Assembly (NCBI GenBank): GCA_963662315.1 | Contig: OY759353.1 | Location: 1,984,001-2,048,000, forward strand | Direction of reading: 5' to 3' | Source: Geopsychrobacteraceae bacterium | GTDB lineage: Bacteria; Desulfobacterota; Desulfuromonadia; Desulfuromonadales; Geopsychrobacteraceae | DNA: 64,000 nucleotides | Part shown: piece by piece, positions 52,707 to 62,952 of the stretch | Position numbering within the stretch: the stretch's first letter is position 1 | Layout of the letters: every line of letters starts with the position of its first letter | The notes under the pieces: generated by a model | Database searches by the model: none | What the model was told of the DNA's origin: nothing | Seen by the model: the letters and a program-made list of their open reading frames with translations, nothing else | Position numbers and translations under genes: made by a program

Positions 52707-54014
52707 TCAGAAAAATGCTCCAAAAATCAGGCCGCTGAGCGTCGCCATCACCATGACCAGTAAAACGAAAACGGTTGTTTTTTTAGTGCCCATGACACTG
52801 CGGATAACCAGCATGTTCGGCAACGACAAAGCGGGTCCGGCCAGCAACAGGGCCAACGCCGGCCCCTTGCCCATCCCGGCACCGATCAGCCCCTGCAGGA
52901 TCGGTACTTCCGTCAGAGTCGCAAAGTACATAAAGGCACCAAAAACCGAGGCGAACAGGTTGGCCCCGATGGAATTGCCACCGACCAGGGATGCCACCCA
53001 TGCTGACGGGATCAGCCCTTCCTGCCCCGGGCGACCAAGCAAAACCCCGGCGATCAGTACGCCAATCAGCAGCAGCGGCAGAATTTTCTTGGCAAAATCC
53101 CAGCTTTCCCCGAACCAGTGTCCCATCTCACCATCGCGGGTGCTTTTCAGATTACTCAACACCGACAGGCCGATGACACCAAAGGTAAACGCCAACTCGG
53201 GATGCTGGGGAAGGATAATGGCCATGGCGCTAGCAGGTATTGCGGCAAACAAAATACGGACGACTCCCAGCTTGAACCAGGTAGCGAGCATAATAGCCAG
53301 AGCGATAGAGAATGCAGAAGTAATCCACCATTTTGCCGAATAGATCAGGTGCCACAGACCTTCTGACTGTTCGGTTTTTCCCCAGTTAGCAAAAACCAGA
53401 ATAGCGACCATGGCGGCAAAATAGAGCGTCGTCTGCCATAGCGGTCGGCTATCATCATCCGTTCCCATGATTGGAGCCGCGGCCGCTTTTTCGGCTTCTT
53501 CGTGGCAGAAGAAAAAGTGCATCAATAGGCCGATGACTACGGCGAAGACAATTGCTCCAACGGCGCGCGCAATACCCATCTCTGGACCGAGAATGCGAGC
53601 AGTCAGGACAATGGCCAATATGTTGATAGCTGGTCCTGAATAAAGAAAAGCACAGGCTGGGCCGAGACCTGCGCCCATGCGATAGATTCCCGCAAACAGG
53701 GGCAGGATGGTACAGGAACAGACGGCCAGGATAGTGCCGGATACCGACGCAACGCCGTATGCCAGCAGTTTTTTCGCATTTGGCCCAAGATATTTCATCA
53801 CCGCCGCCTGGCTGACAAACACAGCGACGGCGCCGGCAATGAAAAAAGCGGGCACCAGGCACAGCAGAACATGCTCACGCGCGTACCACTTGACCAAGTA
53901 CAGGGATTCCATCACTGCCGTTTGCACACGCGGAAGTTCAATAGGCAAAAAGAAACAGGTGCTAAATACAGCAATAATCCAAAATAAATGTTTCCATTCA
54001 GTTTTCCAGTTCAT
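52707..54014 (-). CDS. arsP: ArsP/DUF318-family permease
   Basis: VCSCTILPLF, SGPAIN, YFATLTEVPI, AGPALSLP. Confidence 0.8.
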   Translation of the reverse strand: MNWKTEWKHLFWIIAVFSTCFFLPIELPRVQTAVMESLYLVKWYAREHVLLCLVPAFFIAGAVAVFVSQAAVMKYLGPNAKKLLAYGVASVSGTILAVCSCTILPLFAGIYRMGAGLGPACAFLYSGPAINILAIVLTARILGPEMGIARAVGAIVFAVVIGLLMHFFFCHEEAEKAAAAPIMGTDDDSRPLWQTTLYFAAMVAILVFANWGKTEQSEGLWHLIYSAKWWITSAFSIALAIMLATWFKLGVVRILFAAIPASAMAIILPQHPELAFTFGVIGLSVLSNLKSTRDGEMGHWFGESWDFAKKILPLLLIGVLIAGVLLGRPGQEGLIPSAWVASLVGGNSIGANLFASVFGAFMYFATLTEVPILQGLIGAGMGKGPALALLLAGPALSLPNMLVIRSVMGTKKTTVFVLLVMVMATLSGLIFGAFF

Positions 54015-54049
54015 CTTTCTACCTCTCTTTTTGTCTTTTGAAGGAGCTG

Positions 54050-54136
54050 CTATCCAAAAAACAGAATGCCGTAGGCAATAACGCAGACACAGACAGTAGT
54101 AATTCGGGGGTTGAGGACTTTTCTCAAGATCACTAT
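54050..54136 (-). pseudogene. remnant C-terminus of a second ArsP-type permease
   Basis: IVILRKVLNPRITTVCVCVIAYGILFFG* resembles the last helix of DUF318 permeases; no start codon. Confidence 0.55.
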
Positions 54137-54142
54137 TCTTGC

Positions 54143-54163
54143 CTATATGGCCATATAGCCATG
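54143..54163 (-). promoter_or_regulatory. second putative ArsR operator
   Basis: 17/21 identical to 54538-54558; contains perfect palindrome CTATATGGCCATATAG. Confidence 0.6.
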
Positions 54164-54180
54164 TACTTATTTAAATTTTT

Positions 54181-54522
54181 TTAGAATGACTCTTTGCCGA
54201 GCCCTGCTAAAGCTTCGGCATGTTCTTTCACCTGGGATTCGAGCACTGATTCCACACAACCAAAAAAGTTCAGAATACAAGGAACCCGAAGACGGTAAAA
54301 AACCTGATTACCGCGTTTATCGTCAGTGACAATTCCAGCCTGTTTCAGCACGGCCAGATGTTTGGACACCGTAGACATGTCTGCACCAATCATGTCGGTC
54401 AGATCACAGACACAGCGTTCATCTTTTTGTAATTCTTCTACAATAAAGAGCCTGCTCGGGTGGGCAAGTGCCTTCAGAATTTTCGCCCTGGCTTCATAGT
54501 GCTTTTTCTTTTCAACGTACAT
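54181..54522 (-). CDS. arsR: ArsR/SmtB-family repressor
   Basis: KALAHPSRL, CVCDL, VSKHL. Confidence 0.92.
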   Translation of the reverse strand: MYVEKKKHYEARAKILKALAHPSRLFIVEELQKDERCVCDLTDMIGADMSTVSKHLAVLKQAGIVTDDKRGNQVFYRLRVPCILNFFGCVESVLESQVKEHAEALAGLGKESF

Positions 54523-54537
54523 ACTCTACCTCCATGA

Positions 54538-54575
54538 CTATTTGGCAATTTAGCCAAGCTTTTTCTTTTTGTCAA
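54538..54575 (-). promoter_or_regulatory. arsR promoter with overlapping operator
   Basis: TTGACA-N17-TAAATT; inverted repeat TTGGC-N6-GCCAA covers the -10. Confidence 0.72.
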
Positions 54576-54777
54576 TAGGTTGCGTGTAAAGGTCTTGTGC
54601 GGGTAAAAAAAGAGCAAAAATTTGATCAGATTCATGGCGGGATGAAGTGGCCTGCCCCTTTGTTTGGTGTAGACCCGCTTTTCTGACATTTAGTCAGCGC
54701 TCGCTCCGCTTCGAATCCCGACAAAAGCAGATAAAACAAAAGCCCCACCGCTTTCGCAGTGAGGCTTTTGTTTTAGT

Positions 54778-54855
54778 TGGCGTCCCCAGGGGGATTCGAA
54801 CCCCCGTCGCCGCCGTGAAAGGGCGGTGTCCTGGGCCAGGCTAGACGATAGGGAC
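54778..54855 (-). tRNA. tRNA-Glu (TTC), copy 3
   Basis: Identical to the other two copies. Confidence 0.97.
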
Positions 54856-54909
54856 TTATCTATTACAAGCCCCCGCGAGAAATGACCTCGCAGAGTGTTG
54901 CTGTTGAGA

Positions 54910-54985
54910 TGGTGAGCCGGACTGGGATCGAACCAGTGACCATCTGATTAAAAGTCAGATGCTCTACCTACTGAGCTACCGGCCC
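54910..54985 (-). tRNA. tRNA-Lys (TTT), copy 2
   Basis: Identical to 46676-46751. Confidence 0.97.
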
Positions 54986-55025
54986 TCGCAACGGATGTGT
55001 TTTATACGTGAATCAGCCGCACACG

Positions 55026-56381
<1,356 letters not shown>

Positions 56382-56397
56382 TTAAAATTTATTGAGA

Positions 56398-57690
56398 CTA
56401 CAATTGTAAATCAACATCGGCCTCGTTCAGCTGAGACCAGGTTATCTTTCTCAGGCTGTTATCTTCGAGGACCGTTAACGCAATATCCTGAACATCGTCT
56501 TCAACCACAGCCAGATAACGATAGTTCATCTTACGAGCATAGGCCAGTGCTTCATCCTGGCTGCGATCAAGCATATCACGGGACACAGAATATCCCAATT
56601 TGCGCAAGCGGCAAGCCAAGGTCTGCGCGGCGCGCAGATTCTTCCCTGCGGCAAAAATAAGCAGATCACAGAACTGATCAACGCGCTGATCGAGCATACC
56701 ATCCAAAGCAAACAGCAGGTTCAGCAAACTGAAAGTGAAACCGGTCGCTGGAACGTCCACACCATAGTTGGCCATCAGATTATTATAGCGACCGCCGCTG
56801 CAGACAGCGCGCCCGATACCAGGCAAAAAGCCCTGAAAGGTAACGCCGGTATGATAGTTGAGGCCACGCAGCTCACCAAGATCTATCGTAACATGCTCAA
56901 GGACACCATAGACTTCCAGAACGTCCAGCACTTGGGCAAGGCTGTCAAGAGCACGTTTGGAACGATCGTTACTAACCGCTTTAGCAGCCCGATCAATGAC
57001 CTCGCCACCACCATAAAGACGTGGCAGGGCCATAATTTCTTCACAGTCCGTCGTCGTCAGATCCGTGCTCTGAAGTAACAGCTTCAGCTCGGAACTGTCT
57101 TTACGCGAAATCGCATCAGCAACCTGGTAGGCGACCTTACGATCCAGAGCCAAGCCGTCCATAACGCCACGGAAAAATTCGACCTGACCAATATCAACGG
57201 TGAACTTCTCGGCCCCAACAGCCGTCAACGCCTCAATCGCCATCGCGATCATTTCGGCGTCTGCCTCCGGGCTATCAAGCCCGATCAGCTCAACCCCGGA
57301 TTGAAAAATATCCCGATCCTTACCCGCCTGTTGCTCGGTATGGCGCAGAACGCGCCCACTGTAACTCAGGCGCAGAGGCAACGGCATTTCAGTCATGCGG
57401 GTTGCCGCAATGCGGGCAATCTGGGGGGTCATATCCGGAGGGAAAGCGAGCAGGCGCCCGGTCTGACGATCATCAAACCGAAAAACACGGTCACGCAGTT
57501 CTTCCCCCATACCACGTTCAAGGACATCGAGATATTCAAGCTGTGGGGTAATGACAGGACGGAAGCCCCAAGCCGAATAAACCTGCTGCAACTGTGTCAG
57601 AAGGTACTCAGCTTTGGCGGCCTTGAGTGGCAAAAAATCACGCACGCCTTTCGGCAGATCCGCCTCAGGCAATGAATCTGAAAAAAGCAT
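56398..57690 (-). CDS. hisZ: ATP phosphoribosyltransferase regulatory subunit
   Basis: LPKGVRDFLP, PDMTPQIAR, QSGVELIG, GGRY; upstream of purA. Confidence 0.93.
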   Translation of the reverse strand: MLFSDSLPEADLPKGVRDFLPLKAAKAEYLLTQLQQVYSAWGFRPVITPQLEYLDVLERGMGEELRDRVFRFDDRQTGRLLAFPPDMTPQIARIAATRMTEMPLPLRLSYSGRVLRHTEQQAGKDRDIFQSGVELIGLDSPEADAEMIAMAIEALTAVGAEKFTVDIGQVEFFRGVMDGLALDRKVAYQVADAISRKDSSELKLLLQSTDLTTTDCEEIMALPRLYGGGEVIDRAAKAVSNDRSKRALDSLAQVLDVLEVYGVLEHVTIDLGELRGLNYHTGVTFQGFLPGIGRAVCSGGRYNNLMANYGVDVPATGFTFSLLNLLFALDGMLDQRVDQFCDLLIFAAGKNLRAAQTLACRLRKLGYSVSRDMLDRSQDEALAYARKMNYRYLAVVEDDVQDIALTVLEDNSLRKITWSQLNEADVDLQL

Positions 57691-57803
57691 TAATTCTCTC
57701 CATTCTGCATCCGCGATCAAAACTAACACGCGTGCAGAAAGTAAATTAAAGATTGGCAAAACGCGTGTCTGATGATCGCATTTTTACCTTGGCCGAACGC
57801 GCC

Positions 57804-57833
57804 AATCTAGCAACAGTTCCCCCCGAATGTCAA
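57804..57833 (-). promoter_or_regulatory. sigma70-type promoter of hisZ-purA
   Basis: TTGACA-N18-TAGATT with extended TG. Confidence 0.6.
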
Positions 57834-58015
57834 GCACAGCACGGCGGGAGACTTTATTCAAAAAGCTCCCGCCGCTAAAGGACATCAACAGGAAAGGGAA
57901 AAACTTTTTCGTTTCCGCACATTCCCTTCGGAATGTGCGGAAAGTGCATCATCCATGAGTGCACCAATGAACATTCAAACTTAAACCGCACTACTCCGGT
58001 CGCTGAAAAAAAATG

Positions 58016-59512
58016 TCAGCAATTCTCACTGCGCAGGTAATCAACCAGCAGCCGCACACCAAAACCGGTCCCACCTTTGGGCATTCCCGGCTTCCCTTTT
58101 TCTTCCCAGGCCATACCGGCAATATCAAGGTGAGCCCAATGGTAATCGTCGGCAAATTTTTTCAGAAAAGCTGCGGCGGTAATGGTCCCCGCCGGTCGAC
58201 CACCAGTATTCTTGATATCGGCAAAATCACTTTTAATCTGCGCATCATAACCTTCCCATAGGGGGAGTTGCCACAAGCGCTCGCCACTTTGTTCGCCAGC
58301 TTTCAGTAATTGACCGATCAGCTTGTCATCATTGCCCAAGACAGCTGCCGCCTGATCCCCCAGAGCAATAATGCAGGCTCCGGTAAGTGTTGCAAGATCT
58401 ATGACCGCTCTGGGTTCATACCTGGCGACGTAAGTCAGGGCATCAGCCAGAATCAGCCGCCCCTCAGCATCGGTATTGATCACCTCAATGGTTTTACCTG
58501 ATAAGGAGGTCAGAATATCCCCCGGGCGAATGGCAGTACCGGACGGCATATTTTCAACAGCGGGAACAACCCCGACCAAATTGATCGGCAGTTTCAGTTT
58601 GGCCACTGCCATCATGGTGCCGATGACGGCGGCTGCACCGCCCATATCCATTTTCATCTCATCCATTTTATCGGCCGGTTTTAACGAGATACCACCGCTG
58701 TCAAAAACAACCCCCTTCCCCACCAGCGCCACCGGTTTACTGTCATCACCGGCGCCGAAATACTCCATAACAATCAGGTAGGGATCCCGCTTACTCCCCT
58801 GGGCCACCCCCAGCAGAGCACCGAAACCACTTTTTTCGAGTTCTTTACGATCCAGCAGACGCGCCTTGGCACCGCTTTTCTCAGCCATAGACACCGCCTG
58901 CATGGCCAGATATTCAGGTGATTTGAGGTTGCCCGGCGCATTAACCAGATCCCGCGCAAAACAGACACCCGCACAAATGGCCTCAGCAGTCGCAACGGCC
59001 TGCGTGGCAACAGCAGGATCATCCTCCTCAGTGATAAGCAAAGTCACAGCATTCAGCTTCGCTATGTTTTTAGTGCGTTCTTGGGGCAGGTAGCGGTCAT
59101 AGCTGTAATCAGCCAGCAGCACACCTTCAGCAACCGCCTGTATTCTCGCAGCCAACGACTCTTTTTTAACCGGCAATTGCCCCAGCGCAAACACAAAGGT
59201 ACCAAGCTGCTTCAGGGCCAACTGCTTTGCGGCGTCACTGGTAACCTGGCGCAGCTTATCGAGGGTAAAATCCTTTTCTTTACCGAGACCAACGATAAGA
59301 ATTCGTTCTGGGGAGGATTTTGCGTGGCCGTGCAACAACATCGCTTCGCCGGCACCACCACTGAATTCTTTACAGAGCAATGCGCGCTTAAAAACGATCT
59401 CCTGCTCGCTTGTCAGCCCCAGGTCCTGCCCCTTTTTCCCCTCAAAATATCCAAGAACAGCGCATGCGGTCGCCTGGCTGGATGAAGCTCCCTGAATAAC
59501 GGATAGTTTCAT
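58016..59512 (-). CDS. pepA: leucyl aminopeptidase (M17)
   Basis: VGKGVVFDSGG, MKMDMGG, NTDAEGRL, ATLTGA. Confidence 0.96.
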   Translation of the reverse strand: MKLSVIQGASSSQATACAVLGYFEGKKGQDLGLTSEQEIVFKRALLCKEFSGGAGEAMLLHGHAKSSPERILIVGLGKEKDFTLDKLRQVTSDAAKQLALKQLGTFVFALGQLPVKKESLAARIQAVAEGVLLADYSYDRYLPQERTKNIAKLNAVTLLITEEDDPAVATQAVATAEAICAGVCFARDLVNAPGNLKSPEYLAMQAVSMAEKSGAKARLLDRKELEKSGFGALLGVAQGSKRDPYLIVMEYFGAGDDSKPVALVGKGVVFDSGGISLKPADKMDEMKMDMGGAAAVIGTMMAVAKLKLPINLVGVVPAVENMPSGTAIRPGDILTSLSGKTIEVINTDAEGRLILADALTYVARYEPRAVIDLATLTGACIIALGDQAAAVLGNDDKLIGQLLKAGEQSGERLWQLPLWEGYDAQIKSDFADIKNTGGRPAGTITAAAFLKKFADDYHWAHLDIAGMAWEEKGKPGMPKGGTGFGVRLLVDYLRSENC

Positions 59513-59650
59513 AACATTTCAATCCTTTCGTCGTAAATTGCGGAATCAGCCCTTTAAACATTAAAGCCTTTGACCAGTATGTGGCATCTGCACGTTGCCA
59601 ACATTTGCGTCCCCACCAAAGTGTTCAACCTGTCTCTTTGTGACAGGATA

Positions 59651-60964
59651 TCACAGGCCGCTTGATTGGTAAGAATCTTCAAGGGACTGCTGTTTAATTT
59701 TCAGAGCGATCCGCTGCCTGATCAGAGTTGGAATTTCCACATGAATACACAAGGCCCTGGTCGCAAGCTTACAGGCCTGTACTCGCTGGCGGGCGTTGGC
59801 ACCGGCACTCGGTAGCCAGCGTATATTTTCATTCGGCAGAAAACTGCGTGTCTCGCCAGGAAGCATATCGGACACTTCATGGACAGGGTCAAAAACGCGC
59901 CCCAGTAACTGCAATCCCCCCAGCATACTGAAATGACAACACTGGCGCTGATCGATACACAGTTGCACGTAGACCTCTTCAGACAGTTCACGCACAATCG
60001 CCAAACCACGCCGCAACCGTTCATGCGGGTAGACATGCAACAGGTCATCGCGATACTCCGCAGTCCCCAATTCATCCAGGCTTGGATAGGGTGGCAAGCC
60101 CCCCATACCGACCAGCACCCGATCATCTTCCGCGTGGGTTCCGACATAGCCGTGCACATCGATAATCACGTCCGGATCTGGCCCGCCAAGCTGCTCGATA
60201 TAGCGGCACAACCCGTCTTCATGCTTATAACAGTTAGGCCGTCCCTTTTCATCGATATAGGGATAAATCACATCGATATTACTGGGGTTAAGCGGAACTC
60301 CCCAGCTCCGTAAGCGGGCCAGGTTATCGTCAGTCAGAGGTTCGCGACCGGAAAAACCCAGATTAACGAGGGCAGCCCGTCCTCTGCCATAGCGCAAAAA
60401 ATAAAATGCAACTTCCAGCGTATGTGGATCATAAGGACCGTGACTGACGGTAAAAACCGGCAAACGCGGATCCTGGTCCGGCCCGCGCAGCAGTAATGCG
60501 CCACCAGCGTCATCAGCGACAAATTTGGCCGTATAGCCATCGAGCATACGTCGGCATGGACGCCAGTCGGTATCACCAGAGGGAATAAAGCCGAAAAACT
60601 GCTCCAGCACCTTTTCGCGCCAGGTCGGAACAAAGCGGATACAACGATCCGGCAGCCGGTAATAAACATGATACAACGCTGAATCCATATAAATACGGAT
60701 CTGCTTGCGTTTGATCAGATCACAATTATAAAGATTCTGCGAGGTCGTCAGCAGACGCTCGGTCAGATCGACACAATGGGCAAAAAAAGTCTCATCCGGA
60801 CAGGGTTCGACCAGCTCGACATGCTTCAGCTCACGATAATCCTCACGGGCAATCTCAACCTCAAGGCGGTTGAGGTGACGTTTGAAGGGGGCGTTTTCAT
60901 CGACCTGAAAACGACTCATAAATAACGGGGATATTTGCGCGCCGCTGCGCGTTGACTCTGCCAT
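59651..60964 (-). CDS. hypothetical protein, probable Zn-dependent amidohydrolase (formylglutamate amidohydrolase/PghP-like) fold
   Basis: Long ORF; spaced motifs TVSHGPYD, IIDVHG, IHVEIP..IR. Confidence 0.6.
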   Translation of the reverse strand: MAESTRSGAQISPLFMSRFQVDENAPFKRHLNRLEVEIAREDYRELKHVELVEPCPDETFFAHCVDLTERLLTTSQNLYNCDLIKRKQIRIYMDSALYHVYYRLPDRCIRFVPTWREKVLEQFFGFIPSGDTDWRPCRRMLDGYTAKFVADDAGGALLLRGPDQDPRLPVFTVSHGPYDPHTLEVAFYFLRYGRGRAALVNLGFSGREPLTDDNLARLRSWGVPLNPSNIDVIYPYIDEKGRPNCYKHEDGLCRYIEQLGGPDPDVIIDVHGYVGTHAEDDRVLVGMGGLPPYPSLDELGTAEYRDDLLHVYPHERLRRGLAIVRELSEEVYVQLCIDQRQCCHFSMLGGLQLLGRVFDPVHEVSDMLPGETRSFLPNENIRWLPSAGANARQRVQACKLATRALCIHVEIPTLIRQRIALKIKQQSLEDSYQSSGL

Positions 60965-61042
60965 AACGTGTCATCCTCTCAGATCAACAGGATAACGCCC
61001 TTGGCGGAATGGAAACAAGATCAGAAGTCCAGATAATTCAGC

Positions 61043-62083
61043 TTACGCGGAGATAAGCTTGCCCAGCGCCGCCTTAACCCTTTCAACCCCTTGAGGGAAG
61101 GGATCAAGGTCAATTTCGACCCGCTGTTCAGGCAAAGTATGCAGATAGAGGGGGTCATAGTAACGGATCATTAACACACGGGTCAGTTCTTCCCACTGTC
61201 CGGCATGCAGCAGTTGACAGAATTCTTCAACCACTTTTTTCCCAAAACGCTCTTTCAAAGCCTGTAATGGCCGTTCAAACTGGGTGCGCAGCGTATCTAT
61301 AGCCGGGTATTCCTCCAGAATGACCGTGACCCGGGTGGCAAGAGACGCTGTCAGCCACAAGCTTTGCTGAACCTGCATCACCTGGTGGAAGCGCTTGGGA
61401 ACAACCACCCGACCAATGTGCAGGCTCTCCCCTTCGGTCAACAGATAAGGAGCGTCCCCCAGCCGGTCCAGACAATCCCACAACAGAGCATCAAACTTTT
61501 TTTGTGACGGTTGTGGTTCAAGGCCCAGGTTACCGAATGCGCTGCCGCGATGGTTCGCCAGCCCTTCAAGATCGACAACCGGGTAATTCTGTGTGGCTAA
61601 TTCATGCAGAACCCGTGTCTTGCCGACTCCGGTCAAACCGCGCAGGACATAGACAGGAGGCCACTCTGTGTTCTCGAAATAGCTCAAAACATGACTGCGA
61701 AATGCCTTGTGTCCACCAATCAACTGGCGAGCCGGTATCCCGGCCAGATTCAGAAAACAGCAGATCGCCTGAGAACGCATACCGCCACGCCAGCAGAACA
61801 CAATGACCGGGGTTCTACGCTCACCCTGAGCGGCCTCAACAGCAGCAATTATCTGTGGAATCCGCGGCGAAACCAGGTCAACCCCCAACCGCCTGGCGAC
61901 CCTATTCCCCTGCTGCTTATAGACTGTTCCAACCTGCGCCCGTTCCTCATTGGAAAAGATGGGCACATTAATGGCACCAGGGATTGTCGACTCGGCAAAT
62001 TCAGCAGGCGTGCGGACATCGACAAATAAAGTCCCGTTACGCCGCTCGGCCAGAGCTTTTTCTAGTTCGATAGTTTGCTGCAT
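61043..62083 (-). CDS. selU: tRNA 2-selenouridine synthase
   Basis: Rhodanese DVRTP.EF...CWRGGMRS; P-loop GLTGVGKT; DLEGLANHRGSAFG. Confidence 0.95.
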   Translation of the reverse strand: MQQTIELEKALAERRNGTLFVDVRTPAEFAESTIPGAINVPIFSNEERAQVGTVYKQQGNRVARRLGVDLVSPRIPQIIAAVEAAQGERRTPVIVFCWRGGMRSQAICCFLNLAGIPARQLIGGHKAFRSHVLSYFENTEWPPVYVLRGLTGVGKTRVLHELATQNYPVVDLEGLANHRGSAFGNLGLEPQPSQKKFDALLWDCLDRLGDAPYLLTEGESLHIGRVVVPKRFHQVMQVQQSLWLTASLATRVTVILEEYPAIDTLRTQFERPLQALKERFGKKVVEEFCQLLHAGQWEELTRVLMIRYYDPLYLHTLPEQRVEIDLDPFPQGVERVKAALGKLISA

Positions 62084-62253
62084 TAAAGGTATGGATCCTG
62101 ACAGTTAGCTTTAGTGTGTTGATTGATTTTCTTAATGCAGTGGTTCTACACCAATCCACAATCAAGAACAATAGCTAGAAGTTCGCCGATCAAAAAAAAA
62201 CAAAAAAAAAGTTGACGCCAGAAAAAGTTTTAGATATTGTCACGGACCGTTGC

Positions 62254-62330
<77 letters not shown>

Positions 62331-62339
62331 AAAATATTC

Positions 62340-62371
62340 AAAGGCTCTGCAGAAATTGCAGAGCCTTTTTT
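62340..62371 (+). terminator. intrinsic terminator after tRNA-Met
   Basis: AAGGCTCTGCA-GAAAT-TGCAGAGCCTT followed by a T run. Confidence 0.85.
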
Positions 62372-62464
62372 TATTTCCAAACAGCAAAATCCCCCGGTTG
62401 ATCACAAATCCCATGAGGTGGGCTCCCTAAACGCACAAACCTAATCAACACGTAGCCCCTATGT

Positions 62465-62794
62465 GTGACTTACTTTCTTGAACTCAGGAGTTTGATTTTT
62501 GGCAAAGTTGAAAAAATTAGCTGCTATAAAGAGTTATTATTCAATCAGTTGAGGGTATCATCCCTTTACTTGAGTGAAGAAGGGATTTTTAGATCACAGA
62601 TATTCCATATTCTTTCAAGCCGATCTAAGGTCGCAAGAGGCTTGAGCAAGGAAACTTTCTATCACGAATTTAGCAGAGCGTATTTCATCTGCGAAGCCAT
62701 AGAAAGATATAATATCGAAATGAAATCAATGTATGCCGCTGAAGAAGTGGACACGCTCGACCAGATTATATATGCCTCAATGATGTTTTTCTAA
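62465..62794 (+). CDS. hypothetical AT-rich ORF or gene remnant
   Basis: 109-codon ORF in AT-rich DNA, weak start context. Confidence 0.35.
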   Translation: MTYFLELRSLIFGKVEKISCYKELLFNQLRVSSLYLSEEGIFRSQIFHILSSRSKVARGLSKETFYHEFSRAYFICEAIERYNIEMKSMYAAEEVDTLDQIIYASMMFF

Positions 62795-62952
62795 GTAAGC
62801 TACTCGAAGAGCCAATGGAGCTTATCTCATAGTTTTTCAGGTGCAGACAAGGCATAATCATTTTTCATAATTCTATTAATATGTAATCATTTTTCATGGA
62901 CTATAATCGTTTTTCATGACATCTTGAATTTAACGATACACAAAAGGAATTC

